A DNA stretch of 64,000 nt from an uncultured Gammaproteobacteria bacterium (GTDB lineage Bacteria; Patescibacteriota; Patescibacteriia; Magasanikbacterales; UBA922): the NCBI GenBank assembly GCA_964566225.1, contig CAZMHV010000001.1, forward strand, positions 242,651 to 306,650, written 5' to 3'. The notes under the pieces were generated by a model. That model saw only the letters and a program-made list of their open reading frames with translations, was not told the origin of the DNA and ran no database searches. The stretch's first letter is position 1. Each line of letters starts with the position of its first letter. Positions 42,153 to 52,225 of the stretch are shown here, one piece after another. Position numbers and translations under genes: made by a program.

Positions 42153-43547
42153 TTATTTTTGTACGGTATTTTGTGTATTGGGTGAGGTAACAACAGGAGT
42201 AACCGGTACAGCAGGAGTGACAGCAGGGGTTGGAGTAGGTTGTCCAGATACAGTTTGAGTATTTTGTGTTGAAATTATAGGTTGAGTTGGTGCGACAGGA
42301 GGAGCCGGAGGAACCACAGGAGGTTGATCATCTTTTTTCTTTCGACGAGACATCAAAATAATAAAAATGATAAGAAGTATGAGAAGTATTGATATCATTA
42401 TGATATATTTCCAAGTAAAATCTGAACCAACAGTAAAGCTTTGTTCCAAAACATCTGATTTTCGTGCTCCATATTCAAAGTATGCTTTGGCAACATAATC
42501 TCCCTTCTCTTCTGGTGTATAGGTGAGAGGGAAAGCTTGACCTTCTCCCTTCAAAACAAGAGATTTATCACCTCGTTTTAAGTCAAGAACTTGTTCATCT
42601 TTTGAAATTTCAACCACAAATACAGGCTCAATTGCTACCTCACCAGTATTCTTTACATTTCCAGTAAAACGAACTGGTTCAGACACAGCATACTTTTGCT
42701 TATTGAGTTGAAGACTTATAAATTCTAATTTTTGAGCCAGAGATCCCTTTGGTAAAATCTTCACCATAAAATTTTTGGTAAAGATAACACTCTGATCTGA
42801 AATAAATTTTATCTCCAAGTTATACTTTCCTTCTGGAACTTTGGCAGAAGATTTTGCAACAACTTTTTCAGTAGCCAAAGGTGCGACCATGTTTAAAGTT
42901 GGTCCATCAATAGAATCCAGAATAAAGTGAGTGGGGTCAGAAACATCGGTAAAGACAAGATCAATTTTGTCTGGGCGAGCACTTACATTGCCACTGTTTT
43001 TAAGTAAAAAATAAAATACAAAAGGTTGATCAACTTCTGTTTCTTCATCATATACTTCAACAATGTCAAACTTTTTAATTTGCTTGTCAGTAATAACAAA
43101 TTGAATTTGAGCAGTTACCCCTGTCAAAAAGGCAACATTATTTTGACCACTTTCAATTTTATGATCAGGAACCGTACCAGTAATTACCAAAAAAGCTCTG
43201 TAGGTACCATTTGGGGCAGCGACTGGTTTAATATGAACGGTGAAAGGAACCTGTTTTTCACCTTTGGGAAGTGCAATCGTTGTTTTATCTACTGAGACAT
43301 AAGGAGCTCCATCACCTTCAATGGTGATTTTATAGTATTCTTCTTTGCTTGGGTTTGCCCGACTCATGTAGAGTGTTTTGTCTAAAACAATATTGTTTGC
43401 CAAACCATCAAGTTCTACGATACTTGGAGAAACACCAATTGCTAAAACGTTTTGAACAGAAAAAAATGAAAGAAAAAAGAAAATTAATAGTTTAAACGAA
43501 ATACTTTTCATTTTTGAAAACATAAAAAAATTTAATATTTGACTCAT
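42153..43547 (-). CDS. Exported multi-Ig-like protein with C-terminal TM anchor (DUF916/chaperone-like)
   Basis: Signal peptide then IGVSPS; repeated KN[ST]G[NE]V motifs; C-terminal TM and Pro-rich tail; start codon uncertain. Confidence 0.65.
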   Translation of the reverse strand: MSQILNFFMFSKMKSISFKLLIFFFLSFFSVQNVLAIGVSPSIVELDGLANNIVLDKTLYMSRANPSKEEYYKITIEGDGAPYVSVDKTTIALPKGEKQVPFTVHIKPVAAPNGTYRAFLVITGTVPDHKIESGQNNVAFLTGVTAQIQFVITDKQIKKFDIVEVYDEETEVDQPFVFYFLLKNSGNVSARPDKIDLVFTDVSDPTHFILDSIDGPTLNMVAPLATEKVVAKSSAKVPEGKYNLEIKFISDQSVIFTKNFMVKILPKGSLAQKLEFISLQLNKQKYAVSEPVRFTGNVKNTGEVAIEPVFVVEISKDEQVLDLKRGDKSLVLKGEGQAFPLTYTPEEKGDYVAKAYFEYGARKSDVLEQSFTVGSDFTWKYIIMISILLILLIIFIILMSRRKKKDDQPPVVPPAPPVAPTQPIISTQNTQTVSGQPTPTPAVTPAVPVTPVVTSPNTQNTVQK

Positions 43548-43622
43548 TGGCTGCTTTATTATACTATATTTTCAATAAAAGATAAAAAAGCTTACTCTTA
43601 ATCTGTGGATAATTACCTTCAT

Positions 43623-44609
43623 ATGAAAAAATTTCAACTCAAAATTGGTATCATTTTACTTATAATAGTGATTTCACTCAGCTCACTTGGGATCATTTTC
43701 TTCAAAAAATTAAAAGTCAGTATGATACCGCTGAGTGAACAACGCTGGTCTCGACCTCCTGGACTCGTCACCGCATTTTATAAAAACCAAACACCTGGAT
43801 TGTCTGTTTTTAGGTTGGTTGATGGAAAAGAAGAAAAGTTAGATGGCAGTTGGACTATTCATTATTTTCAAGAAAATGAAATGAGTATTTATGGTTCGTT
43901 CAATGCAGAAAGTACAACATCAACAGAAAGCCAAGCAAGACGACTCTTTTTACTCACTGACCGTGGAGGCGAAGTAAAAGATATTTCAAAACTTTCTGGT
44001 GAAATCATATCTTTGGAACAAAATCCATCGGGAACCTACTTTCTTATTTATGGGTTAAAAGAAAATCCTAAAACGAAAGTTATAGAACCCTATGCATGTG
44101 TTGCAGAAAAACTCCGGACAACCATGTCACCATGTGATGAAGTACTTGGAAAAATTCTTACCAAAGATCTTCTCGACAACACGGTTCAACATCGTATATT
44201 TTGGAATAAACTCGTTGAACGACAACTCGTAATTGCTGAAGTTGGTGGTAAAAATCGTGTATTTCTATATGATCCTTGGGAAGATAAACCAACCGTACTT
44301 ACTGATGAAGCCGAAAAAACAAAAATTCTCAAACAATTTGAAGAAACAGAACCAAGTGTTATCCCCAACTATACAGTGAAACAAATTGGAGGGCTTACTT
44401 TGTTTCAAGATGCACAAAAAGTACCAGTAGCCTTAGCCAAAATTCCTCAAAACAGTGCAACCATGTGGGTTACACCAGAAATATACCTTTATACCAAGGG
44501 AACAGATATGTATATTGTAAATGTAACACGAAAAACAGAAAGTAAGTTTACCTTTATCCCAAGTGGAACGTATCTCATTAATACATACCATAATTCAAAA
44601 AACTTATAA
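43623..44609 (+). CDS. Membrane-anchored hypothetical protein (possible beta-propeller)
   Basis: N-terminal TM followed by beta-rich sequence. Confidence 0.65.
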   Translation: MKKFQLKIGIILLIIVISLSSLGIIFFKKLKVSMIPLSEQRWSRPPGLVTAFYKNQTPGLSVFRLVDGKEEKLDGSWTIHYFQENEMSIYGSFNAESTTSTESQARRLFLLTDRGGEVKDISKLSGEIISLEQNPSGTYFLIYGLKENPKTKVIEPYACVAEKLRTTMSPCDEVLGKILTKDLLDNTVQHRIFWNKLVERQLVIAEVGGKNRVFLYDPWEDKPTVLTDEAEKTKILKQFEETEPSVIPNYTVKQIGGLTLFQDAQKVPVALAKIPQNSATMWVTPEIYLYTKGTDMYIVNVTRKTESKFTFIPSGTYLINTYHNSKNL

Positions 44610-44636
44610 AAAAAAGCCCCTCAATTGGGGCTTTTT

Positions 44637-45167
44637 TTATTTGAAAATTTTTCCAACAATTTGCGAACGAAGAATTGGCCCATAATACCTTGAATCCACA
44701 CTTACTCTTCTGTTATCTCCCAGAACAAAATATTGATTGGGGCCAAGTTCAAATGTTCTTTTTTGGTACGACTCTGGTATATCGGTATAAACGTCAGCCG
44801 CTAAATACTTTGTTTCATCCAGTTCAAATTCAGGACCTCCGGGAGCTTCGATATACACCTTACCTCGTTTGATAGTCAAAATATCATTGGGCACTCCAAC
44901 AACCCTTTTGATAATCAATTTTTTTTCTTTTGGGTCGATTACTTGGACAATATCACCTCTGCGAGGAGGGCGCATCAATAAAATAAATCGATTTATATAA
45001 AAAATATTTTCATCCTTAAAGTTTGGCTCCATAGATGGACCATTCACGACTCCAACACTAAAAATAAAAAAACGAAATACCAAAACTGTGGTGATAAAAA
45101 TAAAAAATGATCGAAAAATATACCACAAGTATCGCTCAAAAGCAGTAATTTGAATTTTTTCAATCAT
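44637..45167 (-). CDS. lepB: Signal peptidase I
   Basis: GPSMEP, IKRVVG.P.D, GDNR..S.DSR. Confidence 0.93.
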   Translation of the reverse strand: MIEKIQITAFERYLWYIFRSFFIFITTVLVFRFFIFSVGVVNGPSMEPNFKDENIFYINRFILLMRPPRRGDIVQVIDPKEKKLIIKRVVGVPNDILTIKRGKVYIEAPGGPEFELDETKYLAADVYTDIPESYQKRTFELGPNQYFVLGDNRRVSVDSRYYGPILRSQIVGKIFK

Positions 45168-45316
45168 AGAGAATGAAATTTCTTTTCAAAATTTTAAATT
45201 TGTTGTATACTATTCTCTAGTATACTCCCTTTTTGTCTTTTTTGCACGCGGTTGCTATGTCAAACAACTTTTTTTTTGGAATATTAGCAATTACAAAAGA
45301 CATCAAACTTTTTTTT

Positions 45317-45604
45317 ATGTCACTCTTACACAATAAAGTTATCCTAGGGTTTATCTTTGGAATTTTACTGACGGTACTTATCATTGGTTTTCTTATTACC
45401 AAAAATCCAAGTCACATTCCAGTTATTCTCAAATACTCTGCTACCGATGGTTTTCAAAAAATTTCTGAACGTGATACTACCGGTACCTACAATATGTCTT
45501 ATACCGCATATACCAAAATGCATACGCAGATCCGAAGTCTCTTTCTTTTGGCAATGATTACCTTTTTTGTCATGGTGACCACCATTGTCATCCGCGCGCA
45601 ATAA
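45317..45604 (+). CDS. Small two-TM hypothetical protein
   Basis: ORF with two hydrophobic segments and a downstream terminator. Confidence 0.55.
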   Translation: MSLLHNKVILGFIFGILLTVLIIGFLITKNPSHIPVILKYSATDGFQKISERDTTGTYNMSYTAYTKMHTQIRSLFLLAMITFFVMVTTIVIRAQ

Positions 45605-45648
45605 AATTCTATAAAAAATCCTCACTTCTGGTGAGGATTTTTTTGTTT

Positions 45649-46770
45649 TTAGTTCAATTCTTGTTGCAGTTCTTCCAAAAGTTTTTTGGCACTGCGACTC
45701 AGGTGCTTGGGTACGTCTACAATCACTTCTACATAGTGATCTCCCCTGCCACTACTGCGCAAATGTGGCACGCCCTCGTGTTTGAAACGAATTTTTTCTT
45801 TGGACTGTGTGCCATCTGGGATTTTTATTTTCTTTTTGCCATCGAGTGTTTCAATTTCTTTTTCTGTGCCGAGTGCGGCTTCGGGAAATGAAATGTGAAT
45901 GGTGGAGTGAATGTCGTCGCCTTCACGAGTGAATGTTTTGTCTGCTTTAATATGAACGACGACGTAGAGACTACCAGGTACTGAACCGACTCCCCCACTT
46001 TCACCTTTGCCATCGAGTCGAATGGTCGCACCATCATGAATACCTTCGGGAATTTTCACATTGTACTTGGATTCACTCTTGGTCACGCCTTTGCCACCAC
46101 AGTGCTTACAAGATTTTTCGGGAATTTGACCAGTGCCATGACACAGATAACACTGCACCACGGTTTGCATGGCACCAAAAATGGTTCGCTGCACCTGCTG
46201 CACCTGGCCCTTGCCCTTACATTCGCCACACTGCATCATTTTGCTGCCTGGTTCTTGACCACTGCCAGTACACACATCACAGTGATTATTTTTCATGAGG
46301 CGAATTTCTTTTTCTACACCAAACACGGCTTCTTTGAATTCAAGCTCAATATCTACCTGCACATCGCGGCCACGCTGGGTTCGGCCTTGACCTCCACCAC
46401 CACCGCCGAAGAAGTCTCCAAAAATATCTCCAAGGTCAACGCCACCAAAGTTGAAGTTAAAGCCACCAGCCTGACCACCAAAGCCACCTTGGCCTCCCTG
46501 GCCACGCGTAGCGCGCATAAAGTCGTCCCAGTTCATGCCACCACCAAATCCGCCCTGAGATTCAAAATCTGAGCCATATTGGTCATATTGCTTGCGCTTC
46601 TGCTCATCGCCAAGAATTTGGTATGCCTCGTTAATTTCCTTGAATTTGGCCTCGTCACCACCCTTTTTGTCTGGATGGTATTCATGAGCCTTTTTGCGAA
46701 AGGCTTTTTTGATTTCGTCGGCTGAGGCGCCTTTTTCAAGGCCGAGGGATTTGTAGTAGTCTTTGGACAT
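45649..46770 (-). CDS. dnaJ: Chaperone DnaJ
   Basis: J-domain HPD, G/F-rich region, four CxxCxGxG repeats. Confidence 0.97.
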   Translation of the reverse strand: MSKDYYKSLGLEKGASADEIKKAFRKKAHEYHPDKKGGDEAKFKEINEAYQILGDEQKRKQYDQYGSDFESQGGFGGGMNWDDFMRATRGQGGQGGFGGQAGGFNFNFGGVDLGDIFGDFFGGGGGGQGRTQRGRDVQVDIELEFKEAVFGVEKEIRLMKNNHCDVCTGSGQEPGSKMMQCGECKGKGQVQQVQRTIFGAMQTVVQCYLCHGTGQIPEKSCKHCGGKGVTKSESKYNVKIPEGIHDGATIRLDGKGESGGVGSVPGSLYVVVHIKADKTFTREGDDIHSTIHISFPEAALGTEKEIETLDGKKKIKIPDGTQSKEKIRFKHEGVPHLRSSGRGDHYVEVIVDVPKHLSRSAKKLLEELQQELN

Positions 46771-46796
46771 AATTATTTCCTGAAGAAAAGTTATAA

Positions 46797-47090
46797 TTAT
46801 TTCACCGGCCAAACAAATTGTTGTTTTGTTTCACCAGAGTCTTCAATCTTTCCAAATTGAGATTCGTATTTGTATAAACTGTCCTGCATTGCTTTGATCA
46901 TTCGTTTAAAATGCGCAGGACTCACAATCACACGAGAAGCTAAAACTCCTTGTGGAGGAAATACACTCATGAAATCAAGAATGAATTCTTCTTTGGTGTG
47001 TGCAAGGTTGGCAATATTTGCATATTTACCTTCCAGTACATCATCTTTTGCTTTAATTTCAATGTTTTGATTTGGATTATTTGATTCCAT
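46797..47090 (-). CDS. DUF3467 domain protein
   Basis: G.YAN...HTKEEFILDF, RVIVSP.H.KR, YE..FGKI. Confidence 0.88.
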   Translation of the reverse strand: MESNNPNQNIEIKAKDDVLEGKYANIANLAHTKEEFILDFMSVFPPQGVLASRVIVSPAHFKRMIKAMQDSLYKYESQFGKIEDSGETKQQFVWPVK

Positions 47091-47097
47091 AAAAAAA

Positions 47098-47430
47098 TGA
47101 TAAGAATATATTTTCAAAGGGGGGCGGAATGGGTTAGATCATTCCGTGTTGAGAGCGGGAGAGTCGGTGACTTTGGCTACGAGCCACAGCGAGCCAAAAA
47201 TCCCCAGGGTTTGAAAGATCGATGCCAGTTCGAGGTGTTCCCCCGAAAAATGCTGTACCCAGTCAGAGTAGAACTCAAACAGGTACAACGGATTGAAGGT
47301 TTTCGGTGCCAGAAACACCAGAAAGAGATACATACAGAGAGAAACCTTGAAAGCCAATAGACACTCTTGCCGAGAAAACTTCATATCCATCTCACTTTCC
47401 CCGCCCCCCTCAAAAAATACATTCTAATCA
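47098..47430. mobile_element. Gene cassette bounded by 42-bp imperfect inverted repeats inside the dnaK-dnaJ operon
   Basis: 47098-47139 versus the reverse complement of 47389-47430: 31/42 identical including aggggggcgg; mobility is inferred only. Confidence 0.55.
47139..47390 (-). CDS. Orphan two-TM membrane protein (83 aa)
   Basis: Purine-rich SD-like leader, two hydrophobic segments, exactly fills the IR-bounded cassette. Confidence 0.65.
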   Translation of the reverse strand: MDMKFSRQECLLAFKVSLCMYLFLVFLAPKTFNPLYLFEFYSDWVQHFSGEHLELASIFQTLGIFGSLWLVAKVTDSPALNTE

Positions 47431-47467
47431 GAGAAATCCCGGTTACTACTGAGCAACCGGGACTCTC
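47431..47467 (-). terminator. Hairpin downstream of dnaK
   Basis: tcccggtt...aaccggga stem. Confidence 0.6.
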
Positions 47468-47476
47468 ATTCTATCA

Positions 47477-49417
47477 TTATTTTTTATCATCCACCACTTC
47501 GCCTTCAATTGGACCTTCGTCTTTTTGATCTGGAGTTGCAGCATCGCCTGCTGGTTGTTCACCTTGAGGGGCACCTTGTTGTGATGCTTGTTGTTCTTGT
47601 TGGTACAACTTTGTTCCAACGGCTTGTGCAGCGTTTGTGAGTTCGTCTGCAGCCTTTTTCAAAGCTTCGGCATCGTCTTTATCTTTGAGTTCTTTGACGC
47701 GAGCAAGTGCATCAGTAACTTTTTGTTTTTCTTCATCACTCACTGCTACTTTCTTTTCTTCTACATCTTTCATCATTTTTTCGGTGGTGTAAATCATGGT
47801 GTCTGCAGTGTTGCGCACGTCTGCCATTTCACGTTTCTTTTTGTCAGCGTCCGCATTCATTTCTGCTTCTTTTTTCATGCGTTCAATGTCTTCTTTTGAA
47901 AGTCCTGAACTTGCTTCAATGCGGATGGATTGTTCTTTGCCAGTGCCTTTGTCTTTGGCAGATACGTGCAAAATTCCGTTTGCATCAATGTCGAATTTTA
48001 CTTCAACTTGTGGTACACCGCGTGGTGCAGGTGGAATTCCATCGAGAATGAAACGACCAAGATTTTTATTGTCTGCAGCCATTTCACGTTCACCTTGAAG
48101 TACATTAATTTCTACACTTGGCTGGTTGTCGGCAGCAGTTGAGAATACTTGTGATTTACTGGTTGGAATAGTTGTGTTTTTTTCAATGAGTTTGGTCATT
48201 ACGCCACCGAGTGTTTCAAGACCGAGTGAAAGTGGAGTCACATCGAGGAGCAAAATTTCTTTGCCGAGATCTCCTTGCAATTGTCCAGCTTGGATACCAG
48301 CACCAATGGCAACTACTTCATCTGGATTCACAGTCATGTTGGCTTTTTTGCCAAAGTAATCTTCTACTTTTTTGACTACCAAAGGCATGCGGGTCATTCC
48401 GCCGACCATCACAATTTCGTTGATACCATTTTTATCTACACCAGCATCTTTGAGAGCTTGTTCTACTGGACCCATGGTTTTGTTCACAAGGTCCATGACA
48501 ATATCTTCGAGTTTTGCGCGAGAAAGTTTGAGGTTCAAGTGTTTTGGACCTTCACTAGTTGAAGTAATAAATGGTTCGTTGATCTCTACTTCTGGAGTAC
48601 TACTGAGCTCGATCTTTGCTTTTTCTGCAGCGTCTTTAACACGTTGCAATGACAATGGATCTTTACTGAGGTCAACTCCTTCAGTATTTTTGAATTCACT
48701 AATAATCCATTCAATAATTTTTTTATCAAAGTCGTCTCCACCAAGGTGTGTGTCACCATTGGTTGCGAGCACTTCTACGGTTGATTGATCGCCGTCGTGT
48801 GAAATGTCGAGTACAGATACATCGAATGTTCCACCACCGAGATCGTACACGAGGATTTTTTGATCTTGTTTTTTATCAAAACCGTATGCAAATGCAGCGG
48901 CCGTTGGTTCGTTGATAATACGAAGCACTTTGAGACCAGCAATTTCACCTGCATCTTTGGTTGCTTGGCGTTGTGAATCATCAAAGTACGCAGGGACGGT
49001 AATAACGGCTTCGGTAATGGTTTCACCAAGTTTTTCTTCAGCATCTGCTTTGAGCTTTTGGAGCACCATGGCAGAAATTTCTGGTGGAGTGTATGCCTTG
49101 TCACCAAGTTTTACTTTTACTTTGTCGCCTTCAGTAACAACTTCATAAGGTGCATGTTCTTTAACAAGAGACACTTCTTTGTCTCCAGGTCGGCGTCCAA
49201 TGAGACGCTTAATAGAATACAAAGTATTTTTTGGATTGGTCACAGCTTGGCGCTTGGCAAGTTGACCTACGAGACGTTCTCCTGTTTTTGACAGTGCAAT
49301 AACAGAAGGGGTCGTACGATGACCTTCTTTATTTTCAAGTACTTTTGGTTGACCACCTTCGATGATTGACACGCAGGAGTTGGTCGTTCCGAGATCGATT
49401 CCGAGAATCTTTGACAT
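47477..49417 (-). CDS. dnaK: Chaperone DnaK
   Basis: [34 protein letters not shown]. Confidence 0.98.
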   Translation of the reverse strand: MSKILGIDLGTTNSCVSIIEGGQPKVLENKEGHRTTPSVIALSKTGERLVGQLAKRQAVTNPKNTLYSIKRLIGRRPGDKEVSLVKEHAPYEVVTEGDKVKVKLGDKAYTPPEISAMVLQKLKADAEEKLGETITEAVITVPAYFDDSQRQATKDAGEIAGLKVLRIINEPTAAAFAYGFDKKQDQKILVYDLGGGTFDVSVLDISHDGDQSTVEVLATNGDTHLGGDDFDKKIIEWIISEFKNTEGVDLSKDPLSLQRVKDAAEKAKIELSSTPEVEINEPFITSTSEGPKHLNLKLSRAKLEDIVMDLVNKTMGPVEQALKDAGVDKNGINEIVMVGGMTRMPLVVKKVEDYFGKKANMTVNPDEVVAIGAGIQAGQLQGDLGKEILLLDVTPLSLGLETLGGVMTKLIEKNTTIPTSKSQVFSTAADNQPSVEINVLQGEREMAADNKNLGRFILDGIPPAPRGVPQVEVKFDIDANGILHVSAKDKGTGKEQSIRIEASSGLSKEDIERMKKEAEMNADADKKKREMADVRNTADTMIYTTEKMMKDVEEKKVAVSDEEKQKVTDALARVKELKDKDDAEALKKAADELTNAAQAVGTKLYQQEQQASQQGAPQGEQPAGDAATPDQKDEGPIEGEVVDDKK

Positions 49418-49447
49418 ATATAAATAATTTATAAATTGATTAAGTGA

Positions 49448-49942
49448 TTATTTTTTTAATTCTTTGAGCATTTCAATAGCTCTTTCTTTGTAACCATGAG
49501 ACAGATAAAATCCGTATGCGTTCGTGTTTGGTTTCAAAACTTCAAGGACAATATCATCATAATTATTCTCACGGAAATAATTCTCTATTTTCTCCATGAG
49601 CATTTTTCCAATTCCCTGCTTGCGGTATTCATCGTCGACATAGAGCTCCGTTACTCTTCCGCATTTTCGTTCGCCTTGTTCAACATTCAGCTGTGGGGAA
49701 TTTTCTTCGTGCACACCAATCACTCCACCGATAATTTTTTCGTCATCACACGCGACATAAAATTTTCCACCTTTTTCTTCAATTTCTTGTAATGTGAGCG
49801 TGAGATATTTTTCTGCAAATCCTTCTTCTCTTCGTAAGCGTTTCATGTCATCGATGGAGATAAGATAATCTTCAAATCGATCAGCGAGTGGAAGAATTGC
49901 TTCAAAGTCCGTTGACTCGTATTCTCTTATTATTATCTTCAT
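49448..49942 (-). CDS. GNAT family N-acetyltransferase
   Basis: LYVDDEYRKQGIGKML, N.NAYGFY...GY. Confidence 0.9.
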   Translation of the reverse strand: MKIIIREYESTDFEAILPLADRFEDYLISIDDMKRLRREEGFAEKYLTLTLQEIEEKGGKFYVACDDEKIIGGVIGVHEENSPQLNVEQGERKCGRVTELYVDDEYRKQGIGKMLMEKIENYFRENNYDDIVLEVLKPNTNAYGFYLSHGYKERAIEMLKELKK

Positions 49943-50373
49943 ACATCTTTTAAAAAATACTTTTTCAAAACATACAATCCTTCTGGATGAAACTGACTTT
50001 CATCTTTTATCATTTCTCTCAATTGCTCCACAGAAAAAGCTTCAACCCGTTCCACTTCTTTTTTATCTGGAATAAATTCTCCATCGTACTGTCCTGTATA
50101 AATATACATCCACTCTTTATCTTCTTCACTAAACACGAATAATTCTTTGGCGATAAATTGTACATCAGCAGAGACACCAATTTCTTCTTGCAGTTCACGG
50201 TGCGCTGCTTGGTCGGGTGTTTCTCCTGCTTCAACTCCTCCTCCGGCAGTAGCATCCCAACAACCTCCGTAACTGTCGTCATCTTTGGCGCGCAGTTGCA
50301 GAAAAATTTTATTTTCTTTGTTACGAAGCATGATGAGCGAAGCCTCAGCAATAGTATGATCTTTATGTAACAT
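49939..50373 (-). CDS. NUDIX hydrolase (IDI/YfcD-like)
   Basis: GGVEAGE...AAHRELQEEIG Nudix box; LQLR. Confidence 0.9.
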   Translation of the reverse strand: MLHKDHTIAEASLIMLRNKENKIFLQLRAKDDDSYGGCWDATAGGGVEAGETPDQAAHRELQEEIGVSADVQFIAKELFVFSEEDKEWMYIYTGQYDGEFIPDKKEVERVEAFSVEQLREMIKDESQFHPEGLYVLKKYFLKDV

Positions 50374-50465
50374 GTAATTTTATTAATTTTCTTTTATCCC
50401 TCAGAAACTCATTGATTCACGGTTGTATAGACTATAAATCAATGAGCGTTCTTAAGAATAAAATC

Positions 50466-50897
50466 TTATTTTACTTGAATGTCCACTTTTTTCGCTTTGG
50501 CAGGCGAAGCCTTGGGACAGGTAATTTTCAAAATACCTTCTTCAAAGACTGCGGCCACATTGCCTTCGTCCACTGCCACAGGGAGTGGCACTTGACGATA
50601 AAATGAACCACTACGAGTTTCTTTGCGATAGTAATTTTTTTCTTCTACTTCGTGTTCTTTACTACTGGTGCCACTAATGGTGAGCACACCTTTTTCTACA
50701 TTGACTTCAACATTTTTGGGATCAACGCCAGCGAGTGGAGTTTCTACTACCACAGCATCTTTGGTTTCGTACATGTCGAGAGCCGGCACAAAACCTTTTT
50801 GCATTGACTGATTACTGTTCATGGGTAACATGGATTTCATCATTTCATCCATGTCTTGAAATGGGTCCCATTGGGGTGACCATCGAATGATTGACAT
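50466..50897 (-). CDS. Hsp20/alpha-crystallin small heat shock protein
   Basis: PALDMYET, GVLTISG, GSFYR...LP, GILKITCPK. Confidence 0.95.
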   Translation of the reverse strand: MSIIRWSPQWDPFQDMDEMMKSMLPMNSNQSMQKGFVPALDMYETKDAVVVETPLAGVDPKNVEVNVEKGVLTISGTSSKEHEVEEKNYYRKETRSGSFYRQVPLPVAVDEGNVAAVFEEGILKITCPKASPAKAKKVDIQVK

Positions 50898-50923
50898 AGA
50901 ATTACGGGTTAAAAATAAATATT

Positions 50924-51454
50924 TTATTTTGCAACAATAACTTTGGCAACCTTCAAAACTTTTTCTCCTGCTTTGTATCCACCATCCATTTCTTTGACAA
51001 TTTGGTGTGAAGGAACATTTTCAACTTCTTCTTCGCCAACAATTTCATGAAAACGTGGATCAAACATTTCTCCCACAGTTTTGATTTCTTCAATACTATT
51101 TTGCTTGAGCACGTCACCAAACTGTTTCATGATATATTCAATTCCCTTTTTCCAATTTTCAAATTGTTTAGCGTCTCCATCACCACTTGAAAAAGAAAAC
51201 GCTTTTTTGAAATTGTCGTAAACGGGAATGAATGACTCGAGGATATCTCCTTTGATCATTTGCATCCATTCAGATTTTTGTTTGGCGGTTTCTTTTTGCA
51301 AATTGACATAATCTGCTTGAGCACGTTGCCAACCTTGTTTGTATTCATCCATTTGTTTACGTGAGGCTTCACAGTTTACACAATCTGGAGCAGATTCCAC
51401 GACCACATCATTTTCTTCTGCCTCATCGTTTACATTTTGATTTTCGTCTGACAT
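50924..51454 (-). CDS. grpE: Nucleotide exchange factor GrpE
   Basis: RAQADYVN, FDPRFHE, GY......LKVAKV. Confidence 0.94.
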   Translation of the reverse strand: MSDENQNVNDEAEENDVVVESAPDCVNCEASRKQMDEYKQGWQRAQADYVNLQKETAKQKSEWMQMIKGDILESFIPVYDNFKKAFSFSSGDGDAKQFENWKKGIEYIMKQFGDVLKQNSIEEIKTVGEMFDPRFHEIVGEEEVENVPSHQIVKEMDGGYKAGEKVLKVAKVIVAK

Positions 51455-51458
51455 AAGT

Positions 51459-52142
51459 TTAAGCTAAAATTTGTTTGATATAATTTATAATTCCAATATT
51501 TTTGGTATAGTCCATACGGATTGGTCCAAGCAACGCCACCAGGACATCGTCATTAATTTTCACAAGTACCGTACTACAAAAGGCACCGAGTGGATTTTCA
51601 CTTCCAATCAAAATACGACTTTCAGCATCGGATACTTTTTCAAACAGTCCTGGTACATGTTCTTCACAGTGATCAAAAATTGATGAGACACGAATGGTTT
51701 GATTTACATTTTGAAATTCTGGTTGTGCAAACAAATAGGAAATCCCGGTATAGTAAATTTTATCTTTGCCAAAAGCAATGATAATTGCGTTTTGGGAATA
51801 TGCTGCGGAGAGTTTGGCTAATTCTTTGAGCGTTAATTCTTGTTCAAAGTCTCCTGCAATAATTTTTTGGGCATTTTCCTCGTACACAGAAGCTACTTCC
51901 GGGTCCCCTGCCAGATGTTCGACATAGTATTTATAACCAAGTTCTGTAGGGATACGACCAGCAGACGTGTGTGGGTGGGTCAAAAAGCCCTGTGTTTCGA
52001 GTTCACTCAGTTCATTGCGGATAGTGGCGCCACTGACGTCAAGTTCACCTAAATCTGCCAAAAATTTGGATCCAACAGGTTCTGCGGTCTTGATGTAGCT
52101 CTCAATAACGAGCTTGAGGAGTTGTTGTTGGCGTGGTTCCAT
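51459..52142 (-). CDS. hrcA: Heat-inducible transcription repressor HrcA (short form)
   Basis: PVGS, SGATIRNE, HPHTSAGRIPT, LGPIRMDY. Confidence 0.93.
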   Translation of the reverse strand: MEPRQQQLLKLVIESYIKTAEPVGSKFLADLGELDVSGATIRNELSELETQGFLTHPHTSAGRIPTELGYKYYVEHLAGDPEVASVYEENAQKIIAGDFEQELTLKELAKLSAAYSQNAIIIAFGKDKIYYTGISYLFAQPEFQNVNQTIRVSSIFDHCEEHVPGLFEKVSDAESRILIGSENPLGAFCSTVLVKINDDVLVALLGPIRMDYTKNIGIINYIKQILA

Positions 52143-52146
52143 AAAT

Positions 52147-52173
52147 TTAGCACTCTAACCTTCTGAGTGATAA
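52147..52173. promoter_or_regulatory. CIRCE element
   Basis: TTAGCACTC-N9-GAGTGaTAA (one mismatch) directly upstream of hrcA. Confidence 0.93.
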
Positions 52174-52225
52174 TTTACCATAACAAAAACCCCCTGTAAA
52201 GGGGGTTATCCACATTGATTTGTAA

